From Burkholderiales bacterium (GTDB lineage Bacteria > Pseudomonadota > Gammaproteobacteria > Burkholderiales > Burkholderiaceae_E), in NCBI GenBank assembly GCA_044507525.1, contig JBIQJM010000001.1:18463-82462 (forward strand): a DNA stretch of 64,000 bases, given 5' to 3'. Position 1 is the stretch's first letter. Every line of letters starts with the position of its first letter. A model generated the notes under the pieces. That model saw only the letters and a program-made list of their open reading frames with translations, was not told the origin of the DNA and ran no database searches. A program made the translations under genes and the position numbers. This document shows positions 1-12,113 of the stretch, piece after piece.

Positions 1-2
1 TG

Positions 3-36
3 CGCGCGTCGCGCCTGGACCCGGTGGTGGCGATCC

Positions 37-44
<8 letters not shown>
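3..44 (+). CDS. 3' end of FtsX/MacB-type ABC permease (partial)
   Basis: Frame reads [13 protein letters not shown], a typical FtsX-family C-terminus; overlaps the start of the following ATPase. Confidence 0.65.
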
Positions 45-735
<691 letters not shown>

Positions 736-754
736 GCGCCGCCGCGCGACGGCG

Positions 755-1234
755 TCAGGAACCGACCAGCAGCCGCCCGATCAACGCGCCCACGGCGAGG
801 TCCTCGACGCGCCCGAAAGCGTGCATGCGGATGCGCCCCGAGCGGTCGACGACGACGAGCGTGGGCGTACCGCGCATCCCGTAGGCGCGCATCGTGACCG
901 GCAGCTCGCCGCCGTCGTCGCCCCGCGCGTCGACGCCGACCGGGAAGCCGATCCGGTATTCGTGCAGGAACGCCGCGAGCGCGACCGGCGTCATCGCGTC
1001 GTGATGCTCGAAGACCGTGTGCAGTCCGACCACCGCGACGTCTTCGCCGGCGAACTGGCGATGCACCGCCTGCGCCTGCGGCAGCCCGTGCGCGACGCAG
1101 CCCGGGCACAGCATCTGGAATGCGTGCAGGACGACGATGCGCCCGCGCAACGACTCGAGCGACAGCGGGACCGCGCTGTTGAACCATTGCGAGACCGACA
1201 GCTCGGGCGCGAGTGGGAACGGTTCGTCGATCAT
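755..1234 (-). CDS. Redoxin (TlpA/AhpC-TSA-like thioredoxin fold)
   Basis: SLRGRIVVLHAFQMLCPGC motif and GTPTLVVVDRSG; ATG at 1234 chosen over the upstream ORF start. Confidence 0.8.
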   Translation of the reverse strand: MIDEPFPLAPELSVSQWFNSAVPLSLESLRGRIVVLHAFQMLCPGCVAHGLPQAQAVHRQFAGEDVAVVGLHTVFEHHDAMTPVALAAFLHEYRIGFPVGVDARGDDGGELPVTMRAYGMRGTPTLVVVDRSGRIRMHAFGRVEDLAVGALIGRLLVGS

Positions 1235-1248
1235 TTGATTCTTCTCAA
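1235..1248 (+). promoter_or_regulatory. FNR/DNR-family box
   Basis: TTGAT-TCTT-CTCAA (9/10 to TTGAT-N4-ATCAA), centred at 1241.5; -10 TACGAT at 1271-1276 gives canonical -41.5 spacing. Confidence 0.7.
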
Positions 1249-1250
1249 TC

Positions 1251-1270
1251 AAAAACGATTATCATTTATC
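1251..1270. promoter_or_regulatory. Fur box
   Basis: AAAAACGATTATCATTTATC, about 13/19 to the Fur consensus; AT-rich island upstream of a TonB receptor. Confidence 0.7.
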
Positions 1271-1310
1271 TACGATCGTCGGGACAACGACAACAGCGGA
1301 TTCCCGACGC

Positions 1311-3392
1311 ATGCGCTTCCATCGATACCCGCCGGCCACGCTGGCACTGCTTGCAGCATCCCTGATTTCGACCGCGGATGCACAGACCCGCCTCGACACC
1401 GTCGTCGTCACCGCCACCGGACGCGCCGCCGAGAGCGCCGAGACGCCGCAGGCGGTCGAGGTGCTCGACCCGCTCGCCGACGAACCCTCGGCGCCGCCCG
1501 GTTCGCTCTTTCGCGGCCGTCCGGGCATGGCCGTGCAGTCCGACGGCGCGTGGGGGCAGAACCCCGTGCTGCGCGGGCTTCGCAAGGAGAGCATCGTCGT
1601 GCTCGTCGACGGCGTGCGGGTCAACTCCGCGCAGCCGCAGGGCGCGCTCGCGTCCTTCGCCGACCTCGGGCTGCTCGATCGCATCGAAGTCGTGCAAGGC
1701 CCTTCTTCGGTCCTGTACGGCAGCGGAGCGATGGGTGGGGTGGTGAACCTGATCACGCCGCAGACCCGCTTCACCTCCGAGCCTACGTTCGGCGGCCGCT
1801 TCGGGCTCGGCCTCGACACGACGAAATCCGGCGCCCTGCTCGTCGAACGCTCCGGCCCCGATCACGCGTTCGTGCTCGGCGCCGCGGTCAACGACACCGA
1901 CGACTACGACAGCCCCGACGGTCGCGAGCCGAACACCGGCTACCGTTCCGATTCGCTGCTCGCGAAATACGCCGTGCGCCTGTCGCCGGCCGCCAGCCTG
2001 CGCCTGAACCTGCAGCGGCACGCGGCGCGCGACGTCTGGTATCCGGGCTCGGCACGCACCGGCGGGCGTCCCGGCGGGGCCGGCATTCCGCCGCCGCTCG
2101 GCACGGTGACGATCCGCTCGCCCGAGCAGCGGCGCGAGCTCGCCGAGCTCGGGCTCGATGCCGACCTCGGCCCGGGACGGCTCTCGGCCGAAGTGTGGCG
2201 ACAGGACGTCTTCCGCCAGATCCGCGCGTTCTCGGCGAACCTGCGCCGCGACTACGTCCGCAACGACGTCACCTTCTCCACCGACGGGATCCGCGCCCGC
2301 TACGTGCTGCCGGTCGGCGACGCGCACATGCTCACGGCGGGCGTCGAGAGCTGGCGCATGCGCGCCGATCCCGAGCGCTACATGGACAACAACGCGCCGG
2401 CCTTCGACAACAACCAGCGCAACGATCCCTTCGACCGCGGCAGCCTGCGCTCGAGCGGCCTGTTCGTGCAGGACGAGATCGAATGGGGCCGCGCGCGCAT
2501 CGTCGCCGGCGCCCGCTACGACCACATCGAAGGCGACGCGCGCGCCAAGGGCATGGGACCGACGAGGCAGACGACCGGCCTGTCGCACAGCGACGACACG
2601 CTGTCCTGGTCGCTCGGCGTCCTGTATCCGCTCGCCGACGGCGTCAATGCCTATGCGAACGTCGGACGCGCCTGGCGTGCCGCCGACATGCGCGAACGCT
2701 TCGAGGATTCCGCGCGCGGCGACGGCTTCTACCACGTCGGCAATCCGCAGCTCGACCCCGAGCGCTCGACCAGCATCGAAGTCGGGCTGAAGGGCAGCGC
2801 GAAGGGCTTCGGCAGCGGCAACATCGACTATCGCGTCTCGGCCTACCGCACGCGCATCGACGACTACATCGCCGGGCGCATCACCGGAGCGATCCACCCG
2901 GGCAGCGGGCTGCCGATCAAGCTCACCGAGAACCTCGACGAGGCGGTGATCCGCGGCATCGAAGGGGTGGCCGCGATTCCGCTCGGCCGCTTCGTCGTCG
3001 ACCTCGCCTTCACCTGGCTGCGCGGCGACAACCGGCAGGACGACGAGCCGCTCGCCTTCATGCCGCCGCCCGAGGTGAGCGTCGGCATCGGGCAGGCCGC
3101 GCAAAGCGGACCCTACTGGCGCACGGCGCTGAGGGCGGTCGCACGGCAGGACCGCATCAGCACGCGCTTCTCGGCCGGCACCGAGAACGAGACGCCCGGC
3201 TTCGTGACCGCCGATGCGCTCTTCGGCTGGGGCTTCGGCAAGGTCGGCGCCCTGTCCGACCTGCGCGCGGAACTGCGGCTGGTCAATCTCTTCGATCGCC
3301 GCTACCACGAGCATCTCACCGAAGGAATCTCGGGCGAGGAACTGCCGGCGTCGGGACGCTCGGCGTCGCTGAGCCTGGCCGGACGTTTCTGA
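1311..3392 (+). CDS. TonB-dependent outer membrane receptor (OprC/NosA-like C-terminus)
   Basis: Signal peptide, TonB box DTVVVTA, plug motif RIEVVQGPSSVLYGSGAMGGVVN, GNPQLDPERS, NLFDRRYHEHL, terminal Phe. Confidence 0.92.
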   Translation: MRFHRYPPATLALLAASLISTADAQTRLDTVVVTATGRAAESAETPQAVEVLDPLADEPSAPPGSLFRGRPGMAVQSDGAWGQNPVLRGLRKESIVVLVDGVRVNSAQPQGALASFADLGLLDRIEVVQGPSSVLYGSGAMGGVVNLITPQTRFTSEPTFGGRFGLGLDTTKSGALLVERSGPDHAFVLGAAVNDTDDYDSPDGREPNTGYRSDSLLAKYAVRLSPAASLRLNLQRHAARDVWYPGSARTGGRPGGAGIPPPLGTVTIRSPEQRRELAELGLDADLGPGRLSAEVWRQDVFRQIRAFSANLRRDYVRNDVTFSTDGIRARYVLPVGDAHMLTAGVESWRMRADPERYMDNNAPAFDNNQRNDPFDRGSLRSSGLFVQDEIEWGRARIVAGARYDHIEGDARAKGMGPTRQTTGLSHSDDTLSWSLGVLYPLADGVNAYANVGRAWRAADMRERFEDSARGDGFYHVGNPQLDPERSTSIEVGLKGSAKGFGSGNIDYRVSAYRTRIDDYIAGRITGAIHPGSGLPIKLTENLDEAVIRGIEGVAAIPLGRFVVDLAFTWLRGDNRQDDEPLAFMPPPEVSVGIGQAAQSGPYWRTALRAVARQDRISTRFSAGTENETPGFVTADALFGWGFGKVGALSDLRAELRLVNLFDRRYHEHLTEGISGEELPASGRSASLSLAGRF

Positions 3393-3409
3393 CTCTGGAG
3401 GAAACCGCG

Positions 3410-4459
3410 ATGAAAGCTGCGCGCCGTCGCTTGCTCGTCTCCTGCGCCGCAGGGCTGGGGGCCGTGGCCGTCGGCAGGGCCGCGCTCGGCGCGGATGCCG
3501 CAGCGGACCCGCGCGGGCGCCTCGCCACGCTCACCCTCGCGGGGCCGCCCGCCAGCGTGTCGAACCCGCTGGTGCACATGGCCGAATCCGGCGCGCTCGC
3601 CGATCTCGCCGGCGAAGTGCGCTTCACCGGCTGGCGCGACCCGGACCAGCTGCGGCTGATGGCGCTCGACGGCAAGGCCGACGTGCTCGCGATGCCGGTG
3701 AACGTCGCGGCGAACCTGTACAACCGGGGCGCGAAGCTGCGGCTGGTCAACGTCTCCACCTGGGGGATCCTGTGGATCGTCTCGCGCGATCCGGAGGTCC
3801 ACGTGCTGAAGGACCTCGTCGGCAAGGAGATCGCGATGCCCTTCCGCGGCGACATGCCCGACATCGTCTTCGGGCTGCTCGCCGAGCGGGAAGGCATCGA
3901 TCCGCGCAAGGACCTGCGGCTGCGCTACGTGGCCTCGCCGATCGACGCGATGCAGCTGCTGCTCACGCGCCGGGTCGACCACGCGCTGCTCGCCGAGCCG
4001 GCGGTGTCGATGGCGCTGCGCAAGTCGGGCTCGTTTCCGACGAGCGTCGTCGCCCCCGATCTCTATCGCGCCGTCGACCTGCAGGAGGAATGGGCGCGCG
4101 CCTTCGGCGGCAATGCGCGCATCCCGCAGGCCGGCATCGCGGTGCTCGGCGCGCTGCGCGATCGTCCCGACGCGGTCTCCCGGATCGCCGCCGCCTACGC
4201 GCGATCGCTCGACTGGTGCGAAGCCAACGCGACCGCCTGCGCACAGACCGTCTCCAGGCACATCCCGATGCTGGACGCCGAAGCCGTCGCCGATGCGATC
4301 GGACACGGGCAGATGGACGCGGTCCCCGCACACCGCGCACGCCCCGCGCTCGAGTCGCTGTTCCGGATGCTGCTCGAGAAGAGCCCCGGGCTCGTCGGCG
4401 GGAAGCTTCCGCCCGACGACTTCTACGCGTCGCCCGCGGCGACGGGCGCCGGCGGGTGA
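3410..4459 (+). CDS. ABC substrate-binding protein (NitT/TauT/NMT1-like), Tat signal
   Basis: RBS GGAGG; MKAARRRLL twin-arginine signal; DLVGKEIA, ALLAEP, IPQAG motifs. Confidence 0.85.
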   Translation: MKAARRRLLVSCAAGLGAVAVGRAALGADAAADPRGRLATLTLAGPPASVSNPLVHMAESGALADLAGEVRFTGWRDPDQLRLMALDGKADVLAMPVNVAANLYNRGAKLRLVNVSTWGILWIVSRDPEVHVLKDLVGKEIAMPFRGDMPDIVFGLLAEREGIDPRKDLRLRYVASPIDAMQLLLTRRVDHALLAEPAVSMALRKSGSFPTSVVAPDLYRAVDLQEEWARAFGGNARIPQAGIAVLGALRDRPDAVSRIAAAYARSLDWCEANATACAQTVSRHIPMLDAEAVADAIGHGQMDAVPAHRARPALESLFRMLLEKSPGLVGGKLPPDDFYASPAATGAGG

Positions 4460-4472
4460 CAGGGATCCCCCG

Positions 4473-5282
4473 ATGAAGTCGCTGCGATCGGCGCTCGCGA
4501 AGCTGCCCGCGTACCTGTGGAGCGGATGGGGTGCCGTGGCGAGCCTGCTGCTGCTCGTCGCCGCCTGGGAGACGATCGCGCAGCTATACGGCCCGCTCGT
4601 ACTGCCCGATCCGCGCACCGCGTTCGCGACGCTCGCACACTCGCTCGCCGCCGGCGACGCGTGGCCGGAGCTCGCGGCAACCGCGCGTCGTGCGCTCGCC
4701 GGCTTCGCCGCGTCGGTCGTCCTCGGCAGCGCGCTCGGACTGCTCGCCGGCGTGTCGATGACGGCCTCGACGATGTCGCGTCCGATCGTCACCGTGCTGC
4801 TCGGCACGCCGCCGATCGCCTGGCTCGTGCTGGCGATGCTCTGGTTCGGCGCGAGCGACGGCACGCCGATCTTCACCGTGTTCGTCGCCGCGTTCCCGGT
4901 CGTCTTCGTCGGTGCGCTGCAGGGCGCGCGCACGCTCGACAACGAACTGAAGACGATGGCGCGCGCCTTCGAGCTGCCGCCGCGCATGATGTTCGTCGAC
5001 GTCTATCTCCCGCACGTCGTCTCCTACCTGTTCCCCGCGTGGATCAGCGCGCTGGGGATCTCGTGGAAGGTGGTCGTGATGGCCGAGCTGCTGTCGAGTC
5101 CCGACGGCGTCGGCGCGGCGCTCGCAGTGGCGCGCTCGCAGCTCGACACCGCGGCGACGATGGGCTGGATCGTCGCCGTCGTCGGCCTGCTGCTCGCCGT
5201 CGAATACCTGCTGCTCGAGCCGATCAAGCGCGAGGTCGAGCGCTGGCGCGGGCCCGCCGCAAGCGGCGGAGCGATGCCGTGA
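4473..5282 (+). CDS. ABC permease (NitT/TauT family)
   Basis: Hydrophobic; PPIAWLVLAMLWFG, SWKVVVMAELL. Confidence 0.88.
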   Translation: MKSLRSALAKLPAYLWSGWGAVASLLLLVAAWETIAQLYGPLVLPDPRTAFATLAHSLAAGDAWPELAATARRALAGFAASVVLGSALGLLAGVSMTASTMSRPIVTVLLGTPPIAWLVLAMLWFGASDGTPIFTVFVAAFPVVFVGALQGARTLDNELKTMARAFELPPRMMFVDVYLPHVVSYLFPAWISALGISWKVVVMAELLSSPDGVGAALAVARSQLDTAATMGWIVAVVGLLLAVEYLLLEPIKREVERWRGPAASGGAMP

Positions 5283-6151
5283 ACGCGCCGTCGGCACCGG
5301 CGCTGCGCGTGCGAGGGATACAGCACGCGTTCGCGCGCGAGACTGTCCTCGACGGCATCGACTTCGATCTGCGTGCCGGCGAGATCGTCGCGCTCGTCGG
5401 GCCTTCGGGCTGCGGCAAGACGACGCTGCTGCACCTGTGCGCGAAGCTGCTGCACCCGGACAGCGGCACGATCGACGACGGCTTCGTCGCGCGCGCCTGC
5501 ATGTTCCAGCAACCGCGACTGCTGCCGTGGAAGTCGGCGCTCGACAACGTCGCGATCGTGCTCGCCGCGCGCGGCGTAGACCGCGGCGAACGCGAGCACC
5601 GGGCGCGCGAGATCGGGCTGCGGCTGGGGCTCGCGCATGCCGACTTCGCCAAGTTCCCGCACCAGCTCTCCGGCGGCATGCAGAGCCGCATCGCGCTCGC
5701 GCGCGCACTCGTCATCGAGCCCGACCTGCTGCTGCTCGACGAGCCCTTCTCGGCGCTCGACATCGGACTTCGCGAGGAGATGTACCGGCTGCTGCTCGAC
5801 CATCTCGCCGTGCGCCCGATCGGGGTGCTGATGATCACGCACGACCTGGGCGAGGCGGTACGACTGTCCGACCGCATCCTGGTGATGGCCGCGGATCCCG
5901 GACGCATCGTCGCGCGCGTCGAGCTCGATTTCCCGGCCGCCCGACGCGACGACGAATGGATCCACGCGGGCACCGCGCGGCTGCTCGCGCGACCCGAAGT
6001 GCGCGAGAGCTTCGGGCTTCCACCCGCGGCCGCGCGGCCGGAGAACGACGAAGGCACGCCGCGAGCCGCAGCCGCAGCCGCAGCCGGCGACGTGCAGATC
6101 GCGCAGCGCGCGCCGGTGCTTGCCTTCGAGCGCAGGGCACCGCGATGCTGA
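5279..6151 (+). CDS. ABC ATP-binding protein (NitT/TauT family)
   Basis: GTGA overlap with permease stop; GPSGCGKTT, FQQPRLLPW, LSGGMQSR, LLLDEPFSALD. Confidence 0.88.
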   Translation: MNAPSAPALRVRGIQHAFARETVLDGIDFDLRAGEIVALVGPSGCGKTTLLHLCAKLLHPDSGTIDDGFVARACMFQQPRLLPWKSALDNVAIVLAARGVDRGEREHRAREIGLRLGLAHADFAKFPHQLSGGMQSRIALARALVIEPDLLLLDEPFSALDIGLREEMYRLLLDHLAVRPIGVLMITHDLGEAVRLSDRILVMAADPGRIVARVELDFPAARRDDEWIHAGTARLLARPEVRESFGLPPAAARPENDEGTPRAAAAAAAGDVQIAQRAPVLAFERRAPRC

Positions 6152-7452
6152 CGCTCGCGCGCATCGAGCGCATGCCGCTCTTCTCGTGCCCTTTCCGCGC
6201 GATGTTCGTCGCGACGGCGCTGTGGTCCGTCGTCGGCATCGCGCTCTCCGGCGCGGCCTTCTCGCTCGGCCTCGAGCTGCCGGCGGTGCCGGGCGGCGCG
6301 CTGCTCTGGCACGCGCACGAGCTGATGTTCGGGGTCGGACTGGCCGCCATCGCGGGCTTCGTCCTCACTGCGGTGCCGGAGTTCACCGACACCCCGCCCT
6401 TCCGTGCGCGCGTTTCGTTCGCCATCGTGCTCGCCTGGGTCGCTGCGCGCATCGCGTTCTGGCTGTCGCCGGTGCTCGGGGCGTGGCCCGCGGCGACCGC
6501 CGAAGCGGGTTTCGCCGCGGCCCTGCCGCTGATGCTCGGCGCGCGACTGCTGCGCGATCCGCAGCGCCGCCATCGCGGCTTCTTCTGGGGCCTGCTCGCC
6601 TTCGCGCTCGTCACCGCCGGCTTCTGGCTCGACGTACTGCGCGGCGGCTGGCCGATGCGCTGGGTGCACGCGGCGCTCGACGCGATGATGATCCTCGTCG
6701 TCGTCGCGATGAGCCGCATCTCGATGCGCATCGTCAACGACGCGCTCGATGCACGCCGCGCGCGCGCGGTCGAAACCGACGCCGAAGCCGACACCGATCT
6801 GCCCGAGTACCGCGCGCGTCCGCCGCGACGCAATCTCGCGATCGTCACGATCGCGCTGCACGCGCTCGCCGCGTTCTTCGCGCCCGGGTCGGCCGTCACC
6901 GGATGGATCGCGCTCGCCGCCGCGGCCGCCGTGCTGAACCTGCTGAACGACTGGCACGTCGGGCGCGCGCTGCTCGGACGCTGGGCGTCGATGCTGTACG
7001 CGGTCTACTGGACGATGGCGCTCGGCTACGCGTGGATCGGCGTCGCGCTGCTCGGGGCGCCGATCGCTCCGAGCGGCGGCACGCATCTGCTCACGATCGG
7101 GGCGATGGGCCTTTCGATCTACGCGGTGCTGAACATCGCCGGGCGCATGCACGCCGGCCGGCCGCTCGACGCTCGCCGGTGGACGCCGACGGGTGCGGTG
7201 TTGCTCGTCGCGGCCGCGCTGATGCGGGCAGGCGCCGGCGTCGCCGGCCTGCCGGCCGACCTGCTGGTCGCGCTCTCGTCGCTCGCATGGCTCGCGGCGT
7301 GGACGCTCGTGCTCGTGCATCTCGGTCCGGCCTGGTGGGGACGGCGCAACGACGGCGGCACCGGATGCCAGGAATGGGTCGACCCGGCGCTGCAAGGCGC
7401 GCCTGCCCCGCGCTGCGATCCGCTCGCGCCTACGCCAGGCGGCCCGGCCTAG
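6145..7452 (+). CDS. nnrS: NnrS family membrane protein
   Basis: LFSCPFRAMF, WHAHELMFG..AAIAGFVLTAVP, HLLTIGAMG, RMHAGRPL motifs. Confidence 0.85.
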   Translation: MLTLARIERMPLFSCPFRAMFVATALWSVVGIALSGAAFSLGLELPAVPGGALLWHAHELMFGVGLAAIAGFVLTAVPEFTDTPPFRARVSFAIVLAWVAARIAFWLSPVLGAWPAATAEAGFAAALPLMLGARLLRDPQRRHRGFFWGLLAFALVTAGFWLDVLRGGWPMRWVHAALDAMMILVVVAMSRISMRIVNDALDARRARAVETDAEADTDLPEYRARPPRRNLAIVTIALHALAAFFAPGSAVTGWIALAAAAAVLNLLNDWHVGRALLGRWASMLYAVYWTMALGYAWIGVALLGAPIAPSGGTHLLTIGAMGLSIYAVLNIAGRMHAGRPLDARRWTPTGAVLLVAAALMRAGAGVAGLPADLLVALSSLAWLAAWTLVLVHLGPAWWGRRNDGGTGCQEWVDPALQGAPAPRCDPLAPTPGGPA

Positions 7453-8072
7453 CCGCCCGCGAGCAGGCGTTTCACGTCCTCGTCGTCGACCTGCTCGAAG
7501 CGCTCGAAGTACTGCGACACCGCGCGAAAATCGTCGGGCGCCTCGAGGCAGACGACTTCGTCGGCATGCGGGCTCACGCGTTCGAGGCTCTCGGGCGCGG
7601 CAACGGGCACGGCGCAGATCAGGTGCGACGGCGATCGCGACCGGGTGGCGTGCAGTGCAGCGATCATCGTCGAGCCGGTCGCCAGGCCGTCGTCGACGAC
7701 GATCGTCACGCGGCCCTCCGGATCGACGGGCGGCCTCCCCGAACGGTAACGGTCGCGCCGCGCACGCAGCAGCTCGAGCTGCGTGCGCTTCTCGTGCTCG
7801 AGCCACATCGGATCGACGCTGTTGGCGGCCTCGGGCGACGCCCAGTGCACCTCGCCCTCCTCGTCGATCGCGCCGAGCGCGAGCTCCGGCTGGTACGGCG
7901 CGCCGATCTTGCGCACGAGGACGACGTCGAGATCGCCGCCGAGCGCGTCGGCGATGCGCCGGCCCATGGCCACGGCGCCGCGGGGAATCGCCAGCACCAG
8001 CGGCGACCTCCCCGAGAACGGTTCGAGCGCGCGTGCGAGCCGGTCGGCGGCCTCTTCGCGATCGCGGAACAT
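7449..8072 (-). CDS. Phosphoribosyltransferase family protein
   Basis: MFRDREEA, LAIPRG, VRKIGAP, PRPP motif IVVDDGLATGST. Confidence 0.88.
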   Translation of the reverse strand: MFRDREEAADRLARALEPFSGRSPLVLAIPRGAVAMGRRIADALGGDLDVVLVRKIGAPYQPELALGAIDEEGEVHWASPEAANSVDPMWLEHEKRTQLELLRARRDRYRSGRPPVDPEGRVTIVVDDGLATGSTMIAALHATRSRSPSHLICAVPVAAPESLERVSPHADEVVCLEAPDDFRAVSQYFERFEQVDDEDVKRLLAGG

Positions 8073-8097
8073 CGGTTGCCCTCCCAGGAAACGCCGC

Positions 8098-10048
<1,951 letters not shown>

Positions 10049-10054
10049 GACCCG

Positions 10055-10876
10055 TCAGATCACCGAGGCTGCGCAGCCGTCCATCGGGATGATCGCCCCC
10101 GACACGTACGACGCGGCCTCGGAGGCGAGGAAGAAGGCGACCTGCGCGATCTCGTCGGGCTCGGCCATCCGGCCCATCGGGATGCGGGCGATCGCCTCCT
10201 CGAGCAACTCGGCCTTGCTGCGGCCCGATGCGCGTGCAGCCGCCTCCAGCCCCTCGTCGACCCGCGTCGTGCGCGTGAGCCCGGGGTTGATCGCGTTCAC
10301 CCGTACCCCCTGCCTCGCCCAGGCCTGCGCAAGCCCGACGGTGGCGAGCATCAGCGCGGAGTTGGCGGCGCCGCCGGCGATGTGCAGCACGCCCGCCTGG
10401 CGGCCGCCCTGCCCCACGATGTTGACGATGCTGCCCCGACCGCGCGCGGCCATGCGCTCGACGACCGGCTGCGTCACGTTCATGTACGTGAAGTACTTCG
10501 CGTCCATCGCCTGTCGGTAGGCGGCGGCATCCAGTTCGTCGGGCGCGTAGCGGCGCGCGGCGCCGGCCGCGTTCACCAGCACGTCGATCGGCCCGTGCTC
10601 GGCCTCGACGCGCTCGACGAGGCGCAGCGCCGCGTCGGCGTCGACGAGGTCGACCGCTTCGGTGACGAAGGCCGACGCGTCGATCGGCGCCGACGACGGA
10701 TCGCCGGTCGCCGCGGGTTCCGAAAACGACGCGCGCGCCGCGGCCAGGTGCGCCGGATCGCGCGCGACGCCGACGACGCGACGACCGTCGCGCAGGAAGA
10801 TGCGGGCGCAGGCGAGGCCGATGCCCTTGCTCGCGCCGGTGACGAGAACCACGGCCGGGCCCGCGCGATCCGTCAT
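10055..10876 (-). CDS. Short-chain dehydrogenase/reductase
   Basis: [30 protein letters not shown]; canonical YxxxK not evident (GGAAN). Confidence 0.85.
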   Translation of the reverse strand: MTDRAGPAVVLVTGASKGIGLACARIFLRDGRRVVGVARDPAHLAAARASFSEPAATGDPSSAPIDASAFVTEAVDLVDADAALRLVERVEAEHGPIDVLVNAAGAARRYAPDELDAAAYRQAMDAKYFTYMNVTQPVVERMAARGRGSIVNIVGQGGRQAGVLHIAGGAANSALMLATVGLAQAWARQGVRVNAINPGLTRTTRVDEGLEAAARASGRSKAELLEEAIARIPMGRMAEPDEIAQVAFFLASEAASYVSGAIIPMDGCAASVI

Positions 10877-10883
10877 CGCGCGA

Positions 10884-11285
10884 TCAGCCCGGTACCGCCG
10901 TCGCGAACGGCGCCGGATCGGCGCTGACGCCGTCGGGCACGCCGATGGTGCGCGGCTCGAAGCGCCGCTTGCCGTCGACGCGCAGGCGCCGCACGTGTTC
11001 GTCGAGCTGGCGACGCGCTGCGAAGAAGGCGTCGCGCAGCGCGACGTGGACGTCCTGCCGGCGCGCCTGGTTGGCGACGATGTTTCCGCCGGGCACCGAG
11101 ACGTCGATCGAGACGAGGAATTCCTCGCCCTGCTGCTTGTGGTTGTGCGGCCGTTGCACGACGACGCGGCAACTGGTGACGTTCGGATGGAACTGTTCGA
11201 GCTTGTTCGACTTCTCGCGTATCGAGGCCTCGAGGGCGGGCGAAGCGTCGATGCCATGGAAATGGATCTGCAGCTGCGTGCGCAT
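10884..11285 (-). CDS. HPF/RaiA-family ribosome-associated protein
   Basis: [26 protein letters not shown]...SCRVVV...[16 protein letters not shown]. Confidence 0.8.
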   Translation of the reverse strand: MRTQLQIHFHGIDASPALEASIREKSNKLEQFHPNVTSCRVVVQRPHNHKQQGEEFLVSIDVSVPGGNIVANQARRQDVHVALRDAFFAARRQLDEHVRRLRVDGKRRFEPRTIGVPDGVSADPAPFATAVPG

Positions 11286-11349
11286 ACGGCTCCTTCTCGT
11301 CGGGGATGCCCGGACGCCCCGGGCGTCTTGCCTGTGGACCTGGTGTCGT

Positions 11350-11634
11350 TCAGTGCTCGTCGGTTCTCGTTCGCTCGTCGTCGGCCAGCTCTCCTGTGTC
11401 GGGGTCGATCCAGTCGGGAACGCCCAGCGCCTCGCCGGCGCTGCGCAATGCGTCGTCGTCCATCGTGGGGGCTTCGTCGTCGGCCGCGTGCATGTCGTCG
11501 ACCGCTTCGATGAGCGAGACGAAGGGGCCGTACTCGCGGCCCTCCGCTTCGTCGATCCACCAGAAACCGTCGGGGCGTTCGATGACTCGCGTGTGATCGA
11601 ATTCGGACGAGGTCGTCGGAATCGTGCGGCTCAT
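11350..11634 (-). CDS. Small acidic hypothetical protein (94 aa)
   Basis: GGAGG RBS, ATGA overlap with the upstream gene; IERPDGFWW...EYGPF...DWIDPDTGE looks protein-like. Confidence 0.6.
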   Translation of the reverse strand: MSRTIPTTSSEFDHTRVIERPDGFWWIDEAEGREYGPFVSLIEAVDDMHAADDEAPTMDDDALRSAGEALGVPDWIDPDTGELADDERTRTDEH

Positions 11635-12113
11635 CTGCGTCCTCCGCAGGCGGACATTCGCAGCGGCGCGACCAGCTTCTCGATCGACGACAGGTGCCGG
11701 GTTTCGGCGAGCGCCGATTCGAGCGCTCGCATGCGAACCGATTCGTTGGGAGACGTGGCCGCCAGGTGCTCGAACACGGCACGCATCCGACCTTCGTTCC
11801 GTCGCGCGGCCTCGAGCGCACCCTCGGGAGTCGTCGGGTCCTCGAGCATCGACTGGCGCATCGCTTCCGTCCAGGTCACTCGTTCGGCCAGTATCGTGCC
11901 TACGTCGAGATCGGGCAAGTCGCGTTCGATGCGTGCGGCGAATTCCGATTCCATTACCGCCAGCTGCGCGAACAGGCGCTGCAGCGCGGCATCGCCGCGC
12001 AGCGTCGGCGAGGCGGCCAGGCGCCGGTATCGGGCCGCAGCTTCTCGCCGCAGTGCGAGAGTGGCAACGAGCAGATCGCGCAGCGATACGTCGGAGTCGG
12101 CCCCGGGCGTCAT
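11631..12113 (-). CDS. Ferritin/rubrerythrin-like four-helix protein, degenerate
   Basis: Two repeats: [10 protein letters not shown]...[12 protein letters not shown] and [13 protein letters not shown]...AETRH. Confidence 0.6.
   Translation of the reverse strand: MTPGADSDVSLRDLLVATLALRREAAARYRRLAASPTLRGDAALQRLFAQLAVMESEFAARIERDLPDLDVGTILAERVTWTEAMRQSMLEDPTTPEGALEAARRNEGRMRAVFEHLAATSPNESVRMRALESALAETRHLSSIEKLVAPLRMSACGGRR

Noticed and set aside
6065..6085. GCCGCA hexamer repeat in the ABC ATPase tail
   Set aside because: In-frame poly-Ala linker; cannot cause phase variation
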